Origin: Azolla caroliniana
Lineage: Eukaryota > Plantae > Polypodiophyta
Assembly: GCA_043228905.1 (NCBI GenBank)
Contig: JBHGNT010000018.1
Span: 14,260,001 to 14,324,000 of the forward strand
DNA length: 64,000 nt
Reading direction: 5' to 3'
The notes beneath the pieces are model-generated. The model ran no database searches. It worked only from the letters and a program-made list of their open reading frames with translations, and was not told where the DNA came from. Below, one piece after another: positions 36,368 through 48,933 of this stretch. The first letter of the stretch is position 1. Every line of letters starts with the position of its first letter. The translations under genes were made by a program, and so were the position numbers.

Positions 36368-38898
36368 TGTTAACCCGTACGAGATGTACGGAGAGTCAAG
36401 TGTGATGAGCGAGGGTCGAATGTTATCATGATCTTGTTGTGTATGTGTAGGGGGCATAAATTTAATTGTGAGTCTATACGTATGTGAACACATGCACACG
36501 TGTGTGCATGTGGATGGATACGAGGAGGTGTGAGTGAGTGCCCAGTATGAATGCTCGAGGGGGCTTACACCCCTATGTATCTACCCCCTCTTGTACTATT
36601 TAACCCCTTATGGGGAATGAATGAAACAGGAATGAACATTTCTCTCTTAATCTCTCTCTCTCTCTTTGTCATGTGGATGGATACGAGGAGGTGTGAGTGA
36701 GTGCCCAATATGAATGCTCGAGGGGGCTTACACCCCTATGTATCTACCCCCTCTTGTACTATTTAACCCCTTATGGGGAATGAATGAAACAGGAATGAAC
36801 ATTTCTCTCTTAATCTCTCTCTCTCTCTTTGTCATCTCTCTTCTTCTCTCTCCCCCTTAACGTTGAACCCCCTTGGGAGGGGGGTGGAGCCATTCTAGGC
36901 ACCACCCCCCACCCCTCAGTGCTTGTCTTGTTCTTCATGATCTCTCACCATCATCATCACACATACATTATCAATCTACCATGATTGTTAACCCTATTCC
37001 TATCTTTATCATTATCATCATTTACCCTAACCCTAAAATCCTACAACACATTTTGGCGACCACTAAGGCGACCCCCCTTTGGAGACGAAGTCGAAGATTA
37101 ATACATGGCAGAGACAACAACGACGAAATGTGTGATAATGGTAAAGATGATGTGCAAGAAATCAAATCAATGATGTGCTGCAAATGGTGGTCACGATATA
37201 CTAAACGAAGTCGAGGAATGAGAAATGGTGTTGACGATTTGCGTGTAGTTGATCGCAAAAGAAAGACGAACAGAAGTTTATGATCTATGGGTTAGCAATG
37301 AAAGTGCAAAGGAGAGAGAGACCCAACCATCACAAGCCGTATCTTCCAAAGATGAGAGTGCATTTCTATCCACATATGACCGGTCAGACATGGCCAGAAA
37401 GACAAACGACCAGAGGGCCGAATGATGACCAAACCAAACGGGCATGGATGGGCTAGATAGAGACAACGCTTGAATGAAGCAGCGATGGCTGGACGAGATT
37501 CGACAGAAATGAATCAAACGACCAGAGACTGGTCAGACAGGGCCCACAAAGATGGAAATGATGGAACAAAGATGGAGAAGGCAATGAAGAAAGTGAAAGA
37601 AACGCCAAAAACAACTGACAAAAACATAAGGACAAAGGCCGGAATGGCTAGACAGTGGGCGAGACTGGCCGGAGTGACCGGATAGCAGCCGAAGTGACCA
37701 GAGTGGATGGACAACAGTTCAAGCGGCCAAAGTGGCCGGACAACAGTTCGAGCGGTCGGATAGGCCGAGAGTGGTTGGACAGGAGCCGGAGAGCCGAAAT
37801 GGCCGGAGAGCGGCCGGACCGGACAGGACGGCAGTCAAACATCATCCGTATAGCGACGACCGGATGCCACGTACAAAGAAAGTGGCGTCGGCCTTACAAT
37901 AGCCCGATAGTGGCAGTGACTGAATTGCGGCCAGAGCAGCGGTTGGACAAAGACACGCCGAACAGACGGAGGAATTGGGGACCAGACGGACAGGCGCCGA
38001 GTAGCGATAACGGAACAATGATACAGAGACGGAGACGACGAAAACAAACACAATGGACAAACGGACATAAATCTTCTCATCACCACCACCATCGCCACCG
38101 TCAACACACAGGCACAGAAGATGATCACAATGAATACCAAGAAGAAGGCAGAGGAGGAAGAGGAAGAGAAAGAGACAAGGGAAACAACCTAAAGAAAAAT
38201 AAAAAACAATAAGAGGAAGAAGAGAGGGAAAAAGAAAAAGAAAACATAGGGGCATGTGAAGAATTTCGGAAACATGAGTGTAGACCAACAAATTTCATAA
38301 ACATAAAGGTACAATATAAAATTTTAAAAAACAAGAGGGCACCACCAAAATTTTGAAAATCCCCAAGACTACTGACACACACTCAAAACAAAGGAAGAAC
38401 ATACATATACACGACATGATTTTGGACCCATAACGAAGTTCGTAAGTCGACAGAACGAGAATGTTCGTGTCAAAGATTTGCTGACCGACAAAGATGTTCG
38501 AGTCAAGCACTCCGATCGAGGGAGTCGATCGTTGAAAGGACCGATGGAAGTTCCGGTCGAAGAAATATCATCATCAAGGCATGTGGGATCGACGTGCAAG
38601 GCACTCTCCCACGGGTGTGCCATATTGTGTTACCCCGTACGAGATGTACGGAGAGTCAAGTGTGATGAGCGAGGGTCGAATGTTATCATGATGTTGTTGT
38701 GTATGTGTAGGGGGCATAAATGTATTTGTGAGTCTATACGTATGTGAACACATGCACACGTGTGTGCATGTGGATGGATACGAGGAGGTGTGAGTGAGTG
38801 TCCAGTATGAATGCTCAAGGGGGCTTACACCCCTATGTATCTAACCCCTCTTGTACTATTTAACCCCTTATGGGGAATGAATGAAACATGAATAATCA

Positions 38899-38933
<35 letters not shown>

Positions 38934-39162
38934 TCATCTCTTTTCCTCTCTCTCCCCTTAACGTTGAACCCTGATGGGAGGGGGGTGGAGCCATTCTAGG
39001 CACCACCCCCCACCCCACAATGCTTCTCAATGATTCTCAACATCTTCATGATCTCTCTCACCATCATACTCTCCATCATCTTCATTATTACACCATGTCT
39101 ATTTTTATCATCAATTGCCATGATTATCATAAATGTTAACCCTAACCCTAAAACCTATAACA
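36368..39162 (+). mobile_element. Non-autonomous LTR element (TRIM/LARD-like) sharing cis signals with the 12307 Gypsy
   Basis: LTRs 36368-37048 and 38628-39162, TSD CTTCC, PBS TGGCGACCAC at 37054. The tRNA-like motif at 38583-38622 replaces the PPT. No recognisable domains in the 1.6-kb interior. Confidence 0.92.
38583..38622 (+). other. tRNA-Arg 3'-end-like element at the PPT position (copy 2)
   Basis: GTGGG-ATCGA-[CGTGCAAGGCACT]-CT-CCCAC-GGGTGTG-CCA, 5 nt before the 3' LTR. Confidence 0.8.
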
Positions 39163-42100
39163 CTTCCATGACCGACTTGCATTCTTCCTTCATCGCGGAG
39201 ATGGCCTCAACCTTCACCGGAGATGGTTTCCAGCTGTATGGCCTGCATAAGTGCCCGACCACCAAGATTTCGGATTGCCCAAAAGCCGACTTCTCTCCAA
39301 AGAAGTTGAGTCGTGCTCCTTCGAGCCTCTGTAGTACCTTCTCGTAGTCATTGATATGATCCACCACAAACCTCTGGCATTCGTCCAGTCTGACTAATTC
39401 ATCCTTCTCTTCCACCGGACATCCCTCGATCGGGATGTCGTCCGAAAACGGCATGGTGATGTCCAGGATGCAATCCCTCAGAACCTTGTTCATCGCGTTC
39501 ACCATGTGCGCTACCGAGTTGGTCCCTCCTTGCAGAAAGGTACACATTCGCACTAAGCTGAGAGGGGTCCGCATCATCGTGATATCGCTACTCTCTACGG
39601 CTAGCTGGAACTAATCATACCCCGAGTACAAGTCACCAACCGAATAAATCGACCTTCCGGCGAAGGCCTCCACGAACTCATCAATAGTCGGCCCGATCCC
39701 TGCATTCCGAATGGTCACTTTATTGATCGGATGCAGGTCTTGAATGAATCGCAATGTGTCATTCTTCTTCGGCACCGTAAACCACCAATTCGAATATGGG
39801 ACACTCGAAGGCTCGAGGATGCCCATCTCCACCTTCTGCTTCAACAGGTCCATCAACTTCGAGATGTGAGCTCTCGGTATCGGGATCGGCTTGAGGTTCC
39901 ATGGCACATGTGGTACTGTGAAGTTAACCATCGGCTCCACGACGGTCGGGTTAATGGAACCAATCTTCTCCGGCGAGAATGGGAAGGCCTTCCCGTGCCT
40001 CCCGAGCATCCTCTGAAACCGGTCCTCTTCAACCGGCAGTAGGAAGCCACCCCCACCGATCTTCAGCTCCCGTAGCATCTCCTCGGTGAACCGGTGCCCT
40101 ATGCCGGCTGGATTCCGTAGACTCGGGCATGAGGCGACCCCCTTCATTCGCTCCTCACTGGCTTCCGGCAAGGGAGCCGCGATCAGCCTCACCTTCCGGT
40201 CCACAGTCTTGTACTTGGTGTCAACCTAGGCTGTCTTCTCTGACCCAATCATCCCTCCGAAGTCCGTGATGACTTCGTACATTTCCACGGAACTGACCAG
40301 AATTACTCAGTCTTCATTCTGGCCTTCATTGGCTACCCTTCCGATCTCTTCAAGGGTGTCATCAAAAGAGACCGCCTCCATAGCACTGCAGATCTTGTCA
40401 TCAGAGCTAAGGGCACCGCACGCCCTTAAATGCTCTTCAACCCTCTTCAACCCTCTTCCTTTCCTGGTCTCTAACGCCGGTTATAGTACAACCTCCGATG
40501 TCGGAGAACCAAAATTTCCTATCTATGGTACACATGTGGGGTTTCTCCGGGGCCTCCGGACTATCGCGGCCCCATGCCTTGATAGCCCTCTCTAAACATC
40601 CTCTCGGTCGTTGCTGTCGAGAGACTCGCGGTTACGCTCGTGGTTCGGTCACACCGTCAAAAATTGGATAGAGTGACGCCTGTCTTGGCCCTTCACCCGT
40701 GTGTACGCCGAACCATTGTCCACATAGGCCGCCATAATGTATGGTTTGCCAAGAATCACCGGGTGTGAGGAGGTCTCCTACACGAAAAAGAGTTGATCAA
40801 TCTCAACATCGCCGATCTTCACGCGTACATTCGGGCACGCCCCGTGTAGTTCCTCCGTAGCGCACGTGGCCGCGCGTATTCTCCAGTCGTGGTTGGTATT
40901 GATAAGCCATTTTCCTTCCATTTCCCTTTCTTGTAGAAATCCATGGACATTAGGTTGATTTCAGATCTATGGTCTATTAGCACCACCACCGGTTCTTGAA
41001 CGTTCCCGATCCAAACAGGAGTCTCCGTAGTTGCCATTGCCCAGTGTGGCTTCAAATAGTGGCTCTCCACCACATCATCTTCCACAGCCACGTCATCCAA
41101 GTGCACCGTTTGTACCTCCATGGGCTTCTCTGGCTCCAACTCCATCATGAGCCTCTTGCGTTTCACCAAGTCCACAATGGAATCGTGGAACTCCTTCTTG
41201 GCGATCCCTAGTACTTCCTTCAGAGTCAACTCCACCCGGCTGTCAAGGATCCATTCATCGAGGACTTTCTGCAAGTCCGTCGCTCTTTCTATTTCCGTGC
41301 CCAGTCGGTAACCTACCGGCTTCGATGTTTCCTGTGCGCATGCTCTTTCTGCAAGTCCGTCACTCTTTGGAGCGCTCCGCGTCTTGTACCGATTGGCGGG
41401 TCCGGCTCCTCTACCCTTCCCTGCTCGTTTATCCTCCACCAGAACTTTGTAGTTTTGGCACGCGACTTCTACAAACCCGGTCTTTTCTTCGACCAGATCA
41501 TCCCATCCGGTGACCCCTCAGACCCACCTTTCACACAATCTGCTTCCTCCTTCCTTAGCCTTACACCGGTGAGACCTTCGTGCATCGATAGCCAAAACCC
41601 AGAATCCTTTGCCTTCTGGCCGCCATCACCTCTGACCCGAATGGCAGTTGACGTTGAATAATGGACGGCCTCGGTGTCTCACGTCACGGCTTCTTCCATT
41701 AACCGCTTCATCTCACCCCGACCTGTATTCAATTCCAGGGGTTTCTGGGTCTCGCATGCGTGCACCCGCCCGTTCCATAGGTACACCACGTTATTCCTGA
41801 GCGCCTCAGCGAAATCCGCGCACTCTCTCAGGACATGGCCGATCACATCGCACCACATGCATCATTGCTTGACCGGAGGCCTGTGATCATGCGACTGTCC
41901 CCCACTATCCCTCCGGGTTTGCGCGATCTGGAGGTCCCATACCATCTTAGTCAGTTCTTCAAGGGCCACACCCCTGGATGGGCCCTTGACCGCGTCAGTC
42001 GGAACCGTCCCGGACTCGATCCACCTTCGTGTCTCTTCCGTCCTAGCCGGAATTGGTTCTTCTCACCTCTTCCCCGCGGCCAATGGAGCCGCGTCACTCC

Positions 42101-43389
42101 CCTCACATCGTTTGTCGAAATGGCTTCAGACCCGTTTTACCACGGCCCAATCAGCCATGAACCCTTCATCTGTCTCCAACAGGAGACCCACCTTCTCCCT
42201 GTCAAATGCATCCACCAATTTAATGAAGAATAGGACCTGACCTGTATCAAGCACGGTCCCGTCTAGTGCCAAAAGCCGAGCAAACCGTTTTTCGAACTCC
42301 TAGAGGAGCACCGACGTGTTCCTCCCCTTTCCGGGACTCTCGACCCACTCCATGAACTCTCACGTCGACAGCCAAAGCGATACATCAAACCCGTACCTCT
42401 CGAGGAGCCGCCCTTCCAACTCCTCCCAGTTTCGGCCACCAGCTTGTACCTCGAGCACCTCTGTGTGAATGCTCAGTGACACCACCCAAGGGAATCCGGA
42501 CAGTCGACTGTCCTCAGGGATGTCCCTCATTATCATCTCCTCCCGATAGGCCTCAAGATAACTCGTTGCGTTCTTCCCACGAAATCGGTTGATCGTGCCG
42601 ACAATCGATTCAATGGCCCTGTCAAGGGCACCCATGCCCTCACGAGCGCTCACTAGGCGGTCAATAGCTGAAGCCATGGCTTCGGCGAGTTCACTTCCCC
42701 TCATCTTCAACTCCTCTGCCGCCCGTTTCACGTCAGGTTCACCAAATATGTCGTAGTATTTCTCATTCATGTGCAACAGCTACGGCGGGACCGCGGGGGC
42801 CTTGGACTGAGGAGTGATAGAAGAAGAAGAAGAAGAGACAGAGAATATCAACCGAATGTTATAGATTACGGAAAACAACAACATACAACCGGCTCGGCCG
42901 GACTCAGAGTAGTGGGCTACCCACACCACGCACACATAGACACCAGGAGACACCGAGACGCAACGAGGAGCCTCTGTAGGGAGCACATTGGCTTCCTACG
43001 CAAGCATAGGCTTCCGACCGAACCGTGCGCCCAAAACGGAAACTGAGAGAGATTGAGAGCTCAGTCCCCAAACTGACAGTGCTTCCTCCTCCTAAAAAAA
43101 CAAACCCCTTTTCATCAGTCCTCTCTTCCCCCTTTTATAGTTCAAGGAGAGAGAGAGAGGGTTGTTACATCGGATAGTTAATTCGGTTGCTTCGGGCTGA
43201 GATTTTCCTCGATCTCCTCACGTCAACTTTCATATTCCCCCGCCCCTTTCTGTGCAAATCTTTAAAGTACTTATCAAATCCTAGTCCCTAGGTTATTTAC
43301 ACGTGTTTATACATAGTACATAATTTTGAGTGCATCAACGCACGCACATTCGACCCTTTTCCCCTTCGTGACCTCAATTATTCACGACA

Positions 43390-44490
43390 CTAGTACCGTG
43401 ATCCTCGTCCTGTTGAGCTCCGCTAGATGGTATGTCGCGTTGTCGCTGGCACTTGTCACCACATACGACCCAAACCACCGCCTTGCAAACTTCCGGGTTG
43501 ACCGGTGTTGGTTGTCGAGGTTGTTGTCGTAGACTAGCACCCAGTCACCTTCCTCGATCTTTCTCAGCCTCAATCGGTGGCTTTGGTCGAACCACCCTTT
43601 GTTCTTCATCCACCTCTCTTTCACCCATGCCTTCACTTGTTCGAGTTCTTCCAGTCTCCGCTCGAGTTGCTGGATCCGCGCCACCAATAGCTCCTCCCGA
43701 CTCATCTTGTCCAACTAGTTGATTGCCATCCACGATGCTATCATTCTCTCCACTGGCATAATTAACTTTTGCCCGAACATGAGTTTGCTTGGCATGTATC
43801 CAGATACCAAACTATGTGTAGTTCGGTCGGCACACAAAGCATAAGGTAGGAGTCTAGGCCAATTCCCGACCCGTTCATCACATGCTCTCACGGTCGCCTT
43901 CACAATTGGCCCGTGTCCGCACTCGATCTTCCCGTTTGCCTCCAATTTGTATGTCGTTGTAATGGAAAGCTTGACCCCTAGTCGGTCAAACCCCTAGTCG
44001 GTCAAATAGCTCCTCAGTTTCTTGCGCATCCAGCTCCCCCCGGTCGGCCATTATCTTCCTGACACACCCATATCGGCAGATTACATCCTCGATCAAGAAT
44101 CGGCACACAACTACAATCGTCTTGTTCGTCAAGGCTCAATCTTCCACCTAGTTCATCAAGTCTTCTCTTGCTAGAACCGGGTACCGCATCTGCCCCACCC
44201 CCATTGGCATCTTCACCAAATCGACCATCCACTTGAAGTGAAGGGTTGGCGGGTAAGTCGTGTGCAACTCATCACGGTGTTGAATCATCGAATGCATTTG
44301 GCAACTCTCGCACGTCGATAACGAAATGATGTACATCTTTGTACATCCCCAGCCACCACCACCTCTCCTTCAGCTTCTCGAACATCGCTCATGTTCCCCA
44401 ATGTCCGGACCAGGGACTCTCGTGGAACTCTGATAGTAGCACCGATTGGTCTTCTTCCTTCGTCACCACCCAAAGTGGAGTGCCATTATG
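43390..44490 (-). pseudogene. Integrase fragment of another tRNA-Trp-family Gypsy (host of J)
   Basis: HFKWMVDLV, EANGKIECGHGPIV and RRWFGSY fragments. Confidence 0.85.
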
Positions 44491-45072
44491 CTTCTTCTTT
44501 TCGGCCGACTGCATCTCCTTTGATATTAACACAGTTTTTGGCTCTCCATCATTGTCCGCCAGATTTAATTCCTTGAGTGAATCTTACACTCGTTGTGATA
44601 CTTGCATTTCTTTTTCCATTGCTTCTTGTTGATGACATAACTCCATTAGAGTTTTATGATTGACCGGAACATCGGCCTCCTTTTCGTCAGTACCAAGATA
44701 TGGCGTGATTATTTCTACGACGTCGATTTCAAATAAGGGGATGATCTTCAAATTCTCCTCAAAATATTGATTGTCTTCCCCATCATTTAATCGCTCCATC
44801 ATATTGATAGATTCGGCATATAAAAGCACACATTCTCGTGTTATTGCTACCTTCTCCTTAGTCAAAACTCTGATCTTGTTTTTGCCCTTCCGGAATGTCA
44901 GCCGATTCTTCTGCCAATTCTATTTGATATTGGCAGTTTGACCAATAACAATATCCAATTGTCGAATGAGCCCTATTGGTCAGACATTACTTGTATCTGC
45001 CATTCAAAGCTAGAATGGACATGCCTCCCATTTGGTGATACCTAATCAATCACATGTGATTTTATTAATAAC
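44490..45072 (-). pseudogene. Old Gypsy F protease-RT linker, related to the 12307 element
   Basis: LYAESINMMERL...IIPLFEID...EAMEKEMQVSQRV resembles the 13086 ORF. It continues beyond Copia E at 60540. Confidence 0.8.
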
Positions 45073-47852
45073 TGTAAAGAATCGGGTGTGATTCTTGTGT
45101 AGCGGAATATGTGTGAACTGTGTGTGTGTATATGAGAGAGAGTGTGTGTGTGTGAGAGAGACAAGGAGTAAGACACAGAGTATACGCAAGGTAGATTATA
45201 TTAACAAAGGAGAAAGACTCAACTAAATACAAGGTGGGAGGAGGGTGCTTTATATAGTCACCCTCTCTCTTCATTAACTACAAGACTCATGGAGCATGGG
45301 AATGTGAAAGCTCATAAGTTATGCGTCATAGAATATGATTCTATGACTCATACTAAATGCTAGAACACAAAGAGGTGACATAATGGTGACTCTTGACCAT
45401 TGGAGTGTCTATTCACTCTCAAGGTGAGTTCACACACTAGACCAAGTTGAGCTTGATTCTCAACACACACCCTCAAGCTCAAGTCGGGTCGGTTTCAGAC
45501 AATATCTAAAATCTGCTTCGTCTCGCATGTATGTGGAGTTGCGGAATCCGTGCTCCAACTTGTGTTGTGCGTAGTTGCAAAGTCTGTGCTTCGGCTTGAA
45601 TCTTTCTTCACGGCTTCATTGCGTGGTTGCGGAATCCACGCGTTATTGTGTAGTTGCTTCAGTACTCCCCCTCAAGCTTGGCAAGTCAGGGATCGTCAAT
45701 CCGAGATCAGTCATGAATTGCCATAGTTTGTCGGATCCTAAGGCTTTAGTGAAGATGTCGGCCATTTGAAGATTGGTGCTAATGTGTTGTAGGTCGACAT
45801 CGCCAACTAGAACGCGCTCTCGGATGAAGCGATAGTGCACTTCAATGTGCTTTGTCCGCGCGTGGAACACCAGGTTCTGAGCCAAATAGATACTGCTCAT
45901 GTTGTCGCATTAAAGGGAAGTCAGATCCTTGATGGGTACGCCCAGATCCTTGAGTATCCTTTTGAGCCATACAGCTTCACATGCGGCCACTGCCCCGCTC
46001 CTATATTCCGTCTGTGTGCTCGAAAGAGCAACGATTGGTTGCTTTTTGCTGCTTCAAGATATTGCTCCGCTGCCGAGAGAAAAAACAAATCTGGAGGTTG
46101 ATCTTCTATCGGCTTTGTAGCCTGCCCAATCGGCGTCTGTGTACCCCTCGAGTCGTATTGGCAATCCATTGTGCAATCCATTGTGCCGCTTACGTATCGT
46201 AGAACTCGCTTAGCGCAATCCAAGTGAGTATCACGCGGTGTTTGCATGAATTGACCAAGGAGACCGACCGGATAACTGAGATCAGGTCGAGTGATCGTGA
46301 GGTAGATGAGACTCCCGATGAGTTGCCAATATTGAGTCAGCTCACACGCTTTGGTGCCGGAGTTCGCATCGAGTTTGAGATTGCGATCGAGCGGGGTTGC
46401 CGTGGATTTGCACTCAGCCATCCCGAACTTATATAACAAGTTGAGGATGTAGTGTCGTTGAGAGATCATGATTCCGGCCAGAGTCCGAATTACCTCGATG
46501 CCGAGGAAGTAGTGGAGCTCCTTCATGTCCATCATCTCAAACTTGTCGGAAAGGAGGGATTTGACCTTATTGAGTTCGATGAGATGCTCACCTCCAATGA
46601 CTAGGTTATCCAAATATAAGATGATGACGATCGGACTTGCGGAATCGCTTCGTATGTAGAGGGAGTTGTCTGATTTTGACATACGAAATCCGATTTGATG
46701 AAGATATTGTGTTATCTTCGAATGCCAAGCACGCGGTGCTTGCTTGAGGCCGTAGAGTGGCTTCTTGAGTCGGCATACAGCTTTCGGATGGGTGCTCGAG
46801 TTGAAGCCGAGTGGTTGTATCATGTACACCTCCTCTTCCAATTCGCCTTGTAGAAAGGCGTTCTTGACATCCATTTGATGGAGGTGCCAGCCTTTCGCCG
46901 TGGCAAGTGCAATTACAGTCCGTACTGTCGTCATCTTTGCCACCGGGGCAAAGGTCTCTTCGTAGTCAACTCCGTGCGTTTGTGCGTAGCCTTTCACTAC
47001 AAGTCGCGCTTTGTAGCGGTTTACGGAACCGTCGGCGTTGTACTTCACTTTGTAAATCCACCTGCATGCGATCACCTTTTTATGTGGTGAGGTGGGAACG
47101 AGATCCCACATCTCGTTCTTGCGTAATGCCTGCATCTTCTCGTTCATGGCTTCGATCCATCGCGGATCGTTGGCTGCTTCGGAGAATGTTTCCGGCTCGC
47201 GTACTGTCGCCACCTTCATCATAAAGGCATAGTGATATACCATGTAGTCGTTGTAGCCGAATCGGCTGACCGGATTCCTTTCACGGCTGGAGTGACGGGG
47301 CTTTTCATTTGCAAAGATGAGGGCTTTCTTAGCTCTGATTGGTACATCGAAGCCGCTGAACTCACTATCTAGTGAGTGAGTCGACTCATCGTCATCGAAG
47401 CGATCATCTTCGTAGTCTGACATTTTTGCCTTGCCTTTGTCCATCTTTGGGCTAGGCCGTTGTGTGCTTTGATCGCTCAAAGGCTCTTGTGGTCTGCTCA
47501 GTCGGGTCGTGATCGGACTTTCTTTTAACATGCGCGTAAGGCGATCTTCATCCTCTATCTCTTGTTCAGCGGATTCCGATTCGAGCGGAGTCGGATTCGG
47601 ACTTGTCTTTGGTGCGTTCCAGGATGCGGACTCGTCAAAAACGACGTCTCCACTTACTCGAGATGTTCGAGTTGAGGGGTTGTAGCACTTGTACCCCTTT
47701 TGCTCCAGTGAGTATCCTACGAGGATACATTTCTCCGACTTCAGGTCAAGGTTTTGATGCTTCTCGTCGGGGATGTGCATGTTGTCGCGTTTTACTCGCG
47801 TGCGTGGAGAACAAGGCGGGACCACTGGGGTCTTGGAACAAGGAATAGGTGA

Positions 47853-47885
<33 letters not shown>

Positions 47886-48933
47886 CGCTCACTCACGTAT
47901 AGACAAAGAAGCGCACGGGGATGCGGCACAACAACACAGGAGACGCGAGTTGAGAACACTAGAGTATGTATGTAAATATAGGCATGTATTTGTATGTATG
48001 CAGACGACTCGAACGGTTAAAGCCGACCAGGTCGGCGAGATGGATGCCGACGCCTGATCACCCACGCACACAGGAGAGCAAGATGGAGATTCTGCCGGAA
48101 GCACACGGGCGTTCCACGGAGCAGAATCAGCCTCCTAAGAACCTGCGCAAAGAAAGCTATGGAGAACGACAGAGAAGAAGAGCTCGGTCCTAGTCCGACA
48201 ACACTTCGTTCCCTCTTCTCTCCCCCATCTCCCTCTCTTTTATAGCTCAAGGAGGGAGGCCGTTTCACCCGTTTACATCACATTAATTCTCTGTCCTTTC
48301 GGACAGAGATACTCCTCGATTTCCCTTATAGAATATTGCTACCTAGGATTTAACCTTTGTGCCTACCTATCTACTATACGACAAGGGACGTGCCCACATG
48401 TAAGGGCCAGTTCACACACACTATACATGGTTTGCGCCTGGGGACGGTTTTGTTCACGACATCCGCCCCCACCTAACCGCGCATCCACCGGTATGCGCCA
48501 AAATTGGGTTCCTATGGGAGAAAACCGATCCTTGCTTTTATTCCTCATTTACCGGTTCATCCTCCGCCTCGGGCTGCTCATCGTCGCTGTCCATGCCCCC
48601 TAGTCCCGGCTCCCCGTCGTGCCGTTTCTTGAATGCTTTGATCATCTTCCCCGCTACCGGTATCGCCATTCTCATACCTTCGAGCTCCACGAGATGGTAC
48701 GTCCCATTGCCGTTGGCGCCTGTTACTACGTAAGGCCCGAACCACCTCCTCGCAAACTTCTGCGTGGCCCTGTGCTGATTGTCGAGGCTGCTGTCGTAGA
48801 CTAGCACCTAGTCGCCTTCCTCGATCTTCCTTGGCCTGAACCGGTGTGTTCGGTCGAACCGGGCTTTGTTCCTTATCCTCGCTACCCGAAGTTTCTCCGC
48901 GGCTCGCTCTACGTCCTCCGGCCTCCGCTCGAG

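Larger units (their letters stand above)
33250..43389 (-). mobile_element. Degenerate tRNA-Trp Gypsy element J (3' LTR truncated)
   Basis: 5' LTR 42749-43389, partial 3' LTR ~33250-33505, PBS rc TTCACGTCAGGTTCACCA at ~42727-42744, PPT 33506-33520. gag/pol fragments are homologous to 47783-55099. Confidence 0.9.

Noticed and set aside
37655-38291. Protein-coding gene inside the non-autonomous element
   Set aside because: The ORFs are low-complexity and overlap on both strands with no recognisable motif, so I cannot support a gene call.
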